NCBI GenBank assembly: GCA_035550715.1 | Contig: DASZOP010000102.1 | Location: 1-37,725, forward strand | Length of the DNA: 37,725 bases | Reading direction: 5' to 3' | Source of the DNA: Gemmatimonadota bacterium | GTDB lineage: Bacteria; Gemmatimonadota; Gemmatimonadetes; JACCXV01; JAHWKZ01 | In this document: one piece after another, positions 32,533 to 37,725 of the stretch | Layout: the number at the start of each line of letters is the position of its first letter | Position numbering within the stretch: the stretch's first letter is position 1 | Notes under the pieces: generated by a model | What the model saw: the letters and a program-made list of their open reading frames with translations, nothing else | Told to the model about the DNA's origin: nothing | Database searches by the model: none | Program-made: the position numbers and the translations under genes

Positions 32533-32638
32533 CCGAGCCGCACCCGCGCGGCCTCCCCCTCTGAACGGACGCCGGATCGCGCGCGTCCTACCTTGTCCAA
32601 GCAGGCCATCCCTTTCCCTCAACGAGCCGAGGTTCCCG

Positions 32639-33175
32639 ATGCTTCGACGATCGCTCGCGCTGCCGCTCGCCGTGATCCTCTTCACCGCGCCGGCCGCGGC
32701 TCAGGAGGCGCCAGCTGCCGCCCAGCCGTCCGACGTGGAATCGATCGACGCCATTCTGACCGCCCTGTACGACGTGATCTCCGGCCCTGCGGGAGACAGG
32801 GATTGGGACCGCTTCCGGTCGCTCTTCACGCCCAACGCGATCCTCGTCCCCATGGTGCCCACGCCGGACGGATCTACGCCGGTCCGCGTCCTGACCGCCG
32901 AGGACTACATCACGCGGGTGGGGCCGTTTTTTGGGGAGAACCCGTTCTACGAGGTCGAGGCGGGTCGGACCCTCGACCGCTACGGCAACGTCGCCAACGC
33001 GATGAGCGCCTACGAGTCGCGCCGGGCGCCGGGCGAGGAGCCCTTCGCGCGCGGCGTGAACACGGTCACGCTGGTGACGGACGGGGCGCGGTGGTACGTC
33101 GCGTCGATCGCGTGGGACCAGGAGCGGGAGGGGAACCCGTTCCCACCTGATTGGTTGCCGCTGGAGGGGCGCTGA
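32639..33175 (+). CDS. Secreted NTF2/SnoaL-like (DUF4440-like) protein
   Basis: Signal peptide [23 protein letters not shown]. The size and the W-rich C-terminus ([14 protein letters not shown]) are typical of the NTF2-like fold. Confidence 0.55.
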   Translation: MLRRSLALPLAVILFTAPAAAQEAPAAAQPSDVESIDAILTALYDVISGPAGDRDWDRFRSLFTPNAILVPMVPTPDGSTPVRVLTAEDYITRVGPFFGENPFYEVEAGRTLDRYGNVANAMSAYESRRAPGEEPFARGVNTVTLVTDGARWYVASIAWDQEREGNPFPPDWLPLEGR

Positions 33176-33182
33176 TCGAGGA

Positions 33183-33713
33183 GTGTCGCTGCCGGCCGTG
33201 AGGGCCCGTATCGAGGCCGTCCACGACGACATCACCCGGCAGCGGGTCGACGCGATCGTGAACGCGGCCAACACGTCCCTCCTGGGCGGGGGCGGGGTCG
33301 ACGGTGCGATCCACCGGGCGGCCGGGCCGCGGCTCCTCGAGGAGTGTCGGGCCCTCGGCGGCTGCCCGACAGGCGAGGCGCGGATCACGAAGGGATACGA
33401 TCTGCCGGCGCGTCACGTCATCCACACGGTCGGGCCGCGCTGGAAAGGAGGCGTCCGGGGAGAAGAGGCGCTCCTCCGGAGCTGCTATCGCTCGAGCCTC
33501 GACATGGCACGCGAGCACGGCCTCCGCTCGATCGCCTTCCCTTCGATCTCGACCGGCGCCTACGGCTACCCGATCGAGGAAGCGGCTCCGGTGGCGGCGG
33601 GCGCCGTACGAGACTGGCTGGCTGAACATCCGGACCCTTTCGAGCTGGTGCGGTTCGTTCTGTTCAGCGGACGGGACCTGGCGGTCTACAGGAAAGCCCT
33701 CGGCGTGCTCTGA
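33183..33713 (+). CDS. Macro-domain protein (O-acetyl-ADP-ribose deacetylase, YmdB-like)
   Basis: Motifs [24 protein letters not shown] and [13 protein letters not shown]. Confidence 0.88.
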   Translation: MSLPAVRARIEAVHDDITRQRVDAIVNAANTSLLGGGGVDGAIHRAAGPRLLEECRALGGCPTGEARITKGYDLPARHVIHTVGPRWKGGVRGEEALLRSCYRSSLDMAREHGLRSIAFPSISTGAYGYPIEEAAPVAAGAVRDWLAEHPDPFELVRFVLFSGRDLAVYRKALGVL

Positions 33714-33747
33714 TCCGGGCCGGCCCGTTCCAACCCCGGGCCCCCCG

Positions 33748-34338
33748 ATGGCGTCCAACCCGATGTATGCAGGAACCCTCGGCCGCGGAGGAGCGATCCT
33801 GGCCACGGACCAGCCCCGGTCGACCGGGACCGAAAGGGACGTCGAGCTCGCCGCCGCCGGCGACACGCGGGCATTCGAGCGCGTCTACCGGGAGCACGCC
33901 GCCAGGGTCCACAGCCTGGCCCGCCGCATGATCGGCCCCGAGGACGCGGACGACGCGACCCAGGAGGTGTTCGTGCGGGTCTGGGAGAAGCTCGACACCT
34001 TCCGGGGCGACGCGGCGTTCGGGACGTGGCTCCACCGCGTGGCCGTGAACCTGATCCTGACCCGCGCCCGCTCTCGGAAACGGCATGGCGCCTGGATCGT
34101 GGACGACGAGGAGGCGTTCGAGAGCGCCTCGACGGGAGCGGCCCCCGGGTGGGTCTCCGTGGACCTGGAGGCGGCCCTCGCCAGACTGCCCGAGGGAGCA
34201 CGAGAGGTTTTCGTCCTGCACGACGTCGAGGGATATCGTCACGAGGAGATCGCCGAGATGCTGGAGATGGCGGTGGGCACGTCGAAGTCGCAGCTGCACC
34301 GGGCGCGGATGCTCCTGAGGCAGCATCTGGCCGCCTGA
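33748..34338 (+). CDS. ECF-type RNA polymerase sigma-70 family factor
   Basis: Region 2 is DDATQEVFVRVWEKLDTFRG. Region 4 is EVFVLHDVEGYRHEEIAEMLEMAVGTSKSQLHRAR. An alternative ATG lies at 33763. Confidence 0.88.
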   Translation: MASNPMYAGTLGRGGAILATDQPRSTGTERDVELAAAGDTRAFERVYREHAARVHSLARRMIGPEDADDATQEVFVRVWEKLDTFRGDAAFGTWLHRVAVNLILTRARSRKRHGAWIVDDEEAFESASTGAAPGWVSVDLEAALARLPEGAREVFVLHDVEGYRHEEIAEMLEMAVGTSKSQLHRARMLLRQHLAA

Positions 34339-34347
34339 GGAGGAGCC

Positions 34348-35025
34348 GTGAGCGAGCACCCGACCGAACGCCTGAGCGCCTATCTGGACGGAGACCTGGC
34401 GGGGTCCGATCGCGAGGCGGTCCAGCGCCACCTGGCCGACTGCCGGGAGTGCTCGGCCGTGCTCGGGGACCTGGGGCGCCTGGCGCGTGCCGCGCGGGAG
34501 CTCGAGGACCGGGAGCCCGCCACCGACCTCTGGCCCGGGATCGCCGGCCGGCTCGAGAGCCGGGCCGCGGCCCGGGTCCACCCGATCGACGCCGCCCGGC
34601 CCCGCCGGCGCTTCTCGTTCACGATGCCCCAGCTCGCGGCGGCGGCGATCGCCCTGATCGTGCTCTCGGCCGCCGCGGTCTGGTGGGGAAGCCCGCGCAC
34701 CGGCCGCGTCGCCGTGGACCGGCCGGCGGTCGGGTCGGCTCCCGAAACGATGGGGGTCCCCGTGTCGCTCGAGGCGGACCCCGCCTACACCGACGCCCTG
34801 GCCGACCTCGAGCGCGCGTTCGAGGCCTCCCGTGATCGGCTCGAGCCCTCGACGGTGGCCACCGTCGAACGCAACCTCGCCATCATCGACGAGGCGATCC
34901 GGGAGACGATCGAAGCCCTGAAGGCCGACCCCGGCAGCCCGTTTCTGTACGATCACCTGGAGCGCTCGCGACGCCAGAAGCTGGACGTCCTTCGACAGGC
35001 CACCCTGGCCCTCCAGACGACATGA
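34348..35025 (+). CDS. Zinc-binding (ZAS, HxxxCxxC) transmembrane anti-sigma factor
   Basis: HLADCREC at 34429-34452. Single transmembrane helix LAAAAIALIVLSAAAVWW. Lies 9 nt after the sigma gene. Confidence 0.8.
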   Translation: MSEHPTERLSAYLDGDLAGSDREAVQRHLADCRECSAVLGDLGRLARAARELEDREPATDLWPGIAGRLESRAAARVHPIDAARPRRRFSFTMPQLAAAAIALIVLSAAAVWWGSPRTGRVAVDRPAVGSAPETMGVPVSLEADPAYTDALADLERAFEASRDRLEPSTVATVERNLAIIDEAIRETIEALKADPGSPFLYDHLERSRRQKLDVLRQATLALQTT

Positions 35026-35951
35026 CGACCATTCCATCGCAACCATCGAACCGGAGACGATCCATGCCCGACCCCATCCGAACCCTCGTGCTGTCGCTGC
35101 TGGTCGCGGGCGCGGCTCCGGTCCTGGCCCGCGCCCAGGTCCCGGTCGACACCGTGATCGCGGTCGATCCGGGGGGGCGGCTCGACCTCGAGAACTTCTC
35201 GGGCACGGTCACCGTGGACGCGTGGAACCGTTCAGCCGTCCGGATCGTCGCCGACGGCCCGCGGAGCGCCGTCCGGATTCACGGCGGCGGGTCCAGCGTC
35301 AGCGTCCGGACCGAGCACCAGCGCGGGCCCCGCGACGTCGACTACCGGCTGAACGTGCCGGCCGCGATGGACCTCTCGATCCAGGGCGTGGACACGGACG
35401 TCACGATCCGCGGGACACAGGGGCGGGTTCAGGTCCATACCGTGAACGGAGACGTCTCAGCCCAAGGCGGCCGCGGGGTGGTCGAGCTGAATTCCGTCCA
35501 GGGCACCGTGTCTCTGTCCGGAGGCGAGGGGAGGGGAGAGCTCTCGTCGGTCAACGACGCCGTCGAAGTGACCGGCTTCCGGGGCGACCTCAGGGCGACC
35601 ACCGTGAACGGCGAGGTGACCCTCCGCGGCGTGGAGTCGGGGAGCGTCGAGTCGACGACCGTGAACGGCTCGATCACGTACCAGGGATCCCTCCGTTCCG
35701 ACGGCTGGTACCGCTTCAACACGCACAATGGGGAGATCGGTGTCGTCGTGCCCCCAGGAACGGGAGCGACGATCGACGTTTCCACCTTCAACGGAGACTT
35801 CCAGGCCGACTTTCCGGTTACGTTCGATCAGTCTCGCAGCGGGAAGAAGTTCAACTTCACGCTCGGCGGGGGAGGGGCGCGGATCGAGCTCTCCGCGTTC
35901 AACGGGACGATCCGTCTCCGCTCGCCGGGCCGATCGGGAGGAGGATCATGA
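35022..35951 (+). CDS. DUF4097-type beta-helical repeat ('putative adhesin') protein 1
   Basis: The start overlaps the previous stop (ATGA). Has a signal peptide. Repeated VNG-x-[VI] strands (TVNGDVSAQ, TVNGEVTLRG, TVNGSITYQG). An alternative ATG lies at 35064. Confidence 0.75.
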   Translation: MTTIPSQPSNRRRSMPDPIRTLVLSLLVAGAAPVLARAQVPVDTVIAVDPGGRLDLENFSGTVTVDAWNRSAVRIVADGPRSAVRIHGGGSSVSVRTEHQRGPRDVDYRLNVPAAMDLSIQGVDTDVTIRGTQGRVQVHTVNGDVSAQGGRGVVELNSVQGTVSLSGGEGRGELSSVNDAVEVTGFRGDLRATTVNGEVTLRGVESGSVESTTVNGSITYQGSLRSDGWYRFNTHNGEIGVVVPPGTGATIDVSTFNGDFQADFPVTFDQSRSGKKFNFTLGGGGARIELSAFNGTIRLRSPGRSGGGS

Positions 35952-36736
35952 AAATCGTCACGATCGGCGGGGCCCTGCTTGGTGCGCTGCTCTCGGTCGC
36001 CTCGTTGCCGGCCCAGGAGACCGCGGACTTCAACTGGGAGGGCGCGCTCGCCGCGGGCAGGACGCTCGAGGTCATGGGGATCAACGGGCGGATCGAGGCC
36101 GGTCCCGCGACGGGTGGAACCGCTTCCGTGCGGGCGACCAAGGAGGCGAAGCGGGGCGCGGACCCGGCGGACGTGACGGTCGAGGTCACCGAGACCTCGG
36201 GCGGGGTCCGGATCTGCGCGGTCTACCCGACCCGGGGCGGCGGGCGGACGAGCTGCGACGAGGACGGGATCCACGGCCGCGTCGACGACAACGACGTCGA
36301 GGTCAATTTCGTGGTCACCGTTCCGACGGGCGTCCGTCTCCACGCCAGGACCGTCAACGGCGGGATAGAGGCGAACGAGCTCAGGGGCGACGTCCAGGCG
36401 GAGTCGGTCAACGGAGGGATCACGGTCTTTGGAACCGGGACGGTGGAAGCCGAGACCGTGAACGGCCAGATCGACGCCGGGATCGGCTCGGACTCCTGGA
36501 GCGGCACGCTCTCGTTCGAGACCGTTAACGGCCAGATCTCGGTTCGTCTTCCGGCCACGGTCGGCGCCGAGGTCGAGGCCGAGACCGTGAACGGCGGGCT
36601 GACGAGCGATTTCCCCCTCACCATGCAGCCAGGTCGGTCCTGGGGTCCGCGCCGGATGGAAGGCACGATCGGTCGGGGCGGCGGCCGGCTCAGCCTGGAG
36701 ACGGTGAACGGCGGGATCGAGCTGAAGCGGAGCTAG
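35948..36736 (+). CDS. DUF4097-type beta-helical repeat protein 2
   Basis: The start overlaps the previous stop (ATGA). Signal peptide MKIVTIGGALLGALLSVASLPAQE. Repeats TVNGGIEAN, SVNGGITVFG, TVNGQIDAG, TVNGQISVRL and TVNGGIELKR. Confidence 0.78.
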   Translation: MKIVTIGGALLGALLSVASLPAQETADFNWEGALAAGRTLEVMGINGRIEAGPATGGTASVRATKEAKRGADPADVTVEVTETSGGVRICAVYPTRGGGRTSCDEDGIHGRVDDNDVEVNFVVTVPTGVRLHARTVNGGIEANELRGDVQAESVNGGITVFGTGTVEAETVNGQIDAGIGSDSWSGTLSFETVNGQISVRLPATVGAEVEAETVNGGLTSDFPLTMQPGRSWGPRRMEGTIGRGGGRLSLETVNGGIELKRS

Positions 36737-36750
36737 GTGGTGGCATAGCC

Positions 36751-37371
36751 CTACCGCCCGTAGCGGCCGGTCAGCGTCGCCGTGGCGAGGACGTGGTCCC
36801 GGCCGGCCTCTTCCACGTCTTCGCGGCTCCCCCCAGGCTCGAGCCCCAGTCGCTCATCCAGAGCGGTCAGCGTGAAGACGTAGCGATGGGGCTTCCCGGG
36901 TGGCGGGCAGGGACCGCCCCAGCCGATCCGTCCGAAGTCGTTCTTCCCCTGCGCAGCCTCCCCGAGGTCGTCCAATGCCCGCGCCGGCCCGACCCCCTCC
37001 GGCAGGCCGTCGAAATCGCCAGGGATGTCATAGACAACCCAGTGGACCCAGTCGCCGCGCGGCGCGTCGGGGTCATGAACCACGAGTGCGAAGGACACGG
37101 TCCCCGCCGGCGTCCCTGCCCACGCGAGCGCCGGCGAGACATCCTCGGCGTCGCATGTGTGGCGCCGCGGGATCGTGCCGCCGTCCTCGAAGGCCGTGCT
37201 CGTCAGTCGCATCGAATCCCTCACCTCCTTGTGATTGGACGCGCCCGTCCTTTCGGCGGTCCTTTCGCGGAACTCCCTGTCCCTGCCATTCCCGGAGCCT
37301 GCGCCGTTCGTGCAAGCCATGAAGGAGCCCGCCAGCAGCGGGACGATGATCAGGATCGCAGCGGATCTCAT
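36751..37371 (-). CDS. YbhB/YbcL-family PEBP (Raf-kinase-inhibitor-like) protein with a signal/lipoprotein leader
   Basis: Motifs FALVVHDPDAP...WVHWVVYDIP and GPCPPPGKPHRYVFTLTALD. Confidence 0.85.
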   Translation of the reverse strand: MRSAAILIIVPLLAGSFMACTNGAGSGNGRDREFRERTAERTGASNHKEVRDSMRLTSTAFEDGGTIPRRHTCDAEDVSPALAWAGTPAGTVSFALVVHDPDAPRGDWVHWVVYDIPGDFDGLPEGVGPARALDDLGEAAQGKNDFGRIGWGGPCPPPGKPHRYVFTLTALDERLGLEPGGSREDVEEAGRDHVLATATLTGRYGR

Positions 37372-37725
37372 CGGGACTCCGGGATCACGATGAGTTCGAT
37401 CGTCGTACCGTCACGCTCCGCCACCAGCGGCACCTCCACCTCCGCCTTCAGCCCGGCCAGGACCGCCGTGTATACATAGACGTCGTCGATTGCCTCGCCC
37501 GCCAGGCTCAGGATCACGTCCCCGTTCCTTAGCCCCGCCCGATCCGCCGGTCCGCCCGGCCGGACCGACGAGAGTCTGAGCCCGGGCCCCTCGAACCCGT
37601 AATCCGGGACGACCCCGAGCGCGACCTGGAAGGCCATCGGCCGGGGGTCCGTGACCGGCGCTTCGGTGTACGGGATCGCCCTCCCGTCGGCCGCCGCCCG
37701 CACGACCGCCTCGACACGCTCGAGG
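37368..37725 (-). CDS. C-terminal PDZ-domain portion of a larger protein (possibly a peptidase); 5' end outside the window
   Basis: The frame is open to the window edge. PDZ-like segment GLRLSSVRPGGPADRAGLRNGDVILSLAGEAI. The stop overlaps the PEBP start (ATGA). Confidence 0.6.
   Translation of the reverse strand, partial: LERVEAVVRAAADGRAIPYTEAPVTDPRPMAFQVALGVVPDYGFEGPGLRLSSVRPGGPADRAGLRNGDVILSLAGEAIDDVYVYTAVLAGLKAEVEVPLVAERDGTTIELIVIPESR

Noticed and set aside
33183-33713. The macro-domain gene as a DarG-type antitoxin or phage-defence component.
   Set aside because: There is no DarT (DUF4433) or other toxin-like neighbour. The motifs match housekeeping YmdB-type O-acetyl-ADP-ribose deacetylases.
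35441-36710. Recurrent 11-12-mers ACCGTGAACGG(C/A) at irregular spacing (about nine copies), which look at first like a dispersed DNA repeat or a CRISPR-like array.
   Set aside because: All copies are in frame and encode the TVNG strand motif of the two DUF4097 beta-helix proteins. Spacing is irregular, and there are no spacer-like unique segments outside the coding frame.
1-37725. A search by eye for mobile elements, prophage, defence islands, CRISPR arrays, and tRNA/rRNA genes.
   Set aside because: No integrase, transposase, reverse transcriptase, Cas, restriction or nuclease signatures were seen. There are no regularly spaced repeats, no compositional break, and no non-coding gap large enough (the maximum is 204 nt) apart from 2150-2353 and 5634-5837. 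Neither of those has tRNA-like cloverleaf features.

Overview
This is a high-GC (about 70% by eye) bacterial chromosomal window. It is almost fully coding: I call 38 protein genes, and many overlap their neighbour by 1 or 4 nt (ATGA, GTGA, TTGA, TGATG). I saw no rRNA, tRNA, CRISPR array, transposase, integrase, reverse transcriptase or cas-like gene. All family calls come from reading motifs in the supplied translations, not from HMM or BLAST searches.

The content is mostly cell-envelope biology of a diderm organism (a Kdo-kinase-like gene and outer-membrane-type proteins are present). A Gemmatimonadota-like or similar high-GC lineage is only an inference. Main gene groups:
- Two MsbA-type ABC exporter halves with complementary degenerate and consensus ATPase motifs, separated by an inverted lipoprotein/DsbA cassette.
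- An SH3b-NlpC/P60 peptidase, gamma-glutamyltranspeptidase, and a long-form NfeD protease.
- A four-gene overlapping operon: 5-formyl-THF cyclo-ligase, ABC ATPase, 568-aa polytopic permease, PBP4.
- A second PBP4 paralog in a GT2, DUF3108, DHS-like, PBP4, Kdo-kinase-like string.
- DHH phosphoesterase with Mrp/ApbC, and a PDZ protein with a CPBP protease.
- A BlaI / BlaR1(M56) / CBM9-DUF5916 module with a candidate operator.
- An ECF sigma / ZAS anti-sigma / twin DUF4097 module.

The only substantial non-coding structure is a 121-nt nested palindromic element at 2149-2271. The most promising candidates for uncharacterised systems are:
- the BlaI-BlaR1-DUF5916 module;
- the DHS-like/PBP4 envelope operon;
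- the ABC-permease-PBP4 operon;
- the split asymmetric ABC heterodimer;
- a tail-anchored orphan HicB-fold protein.

None of these is proven novel from sequence alone.
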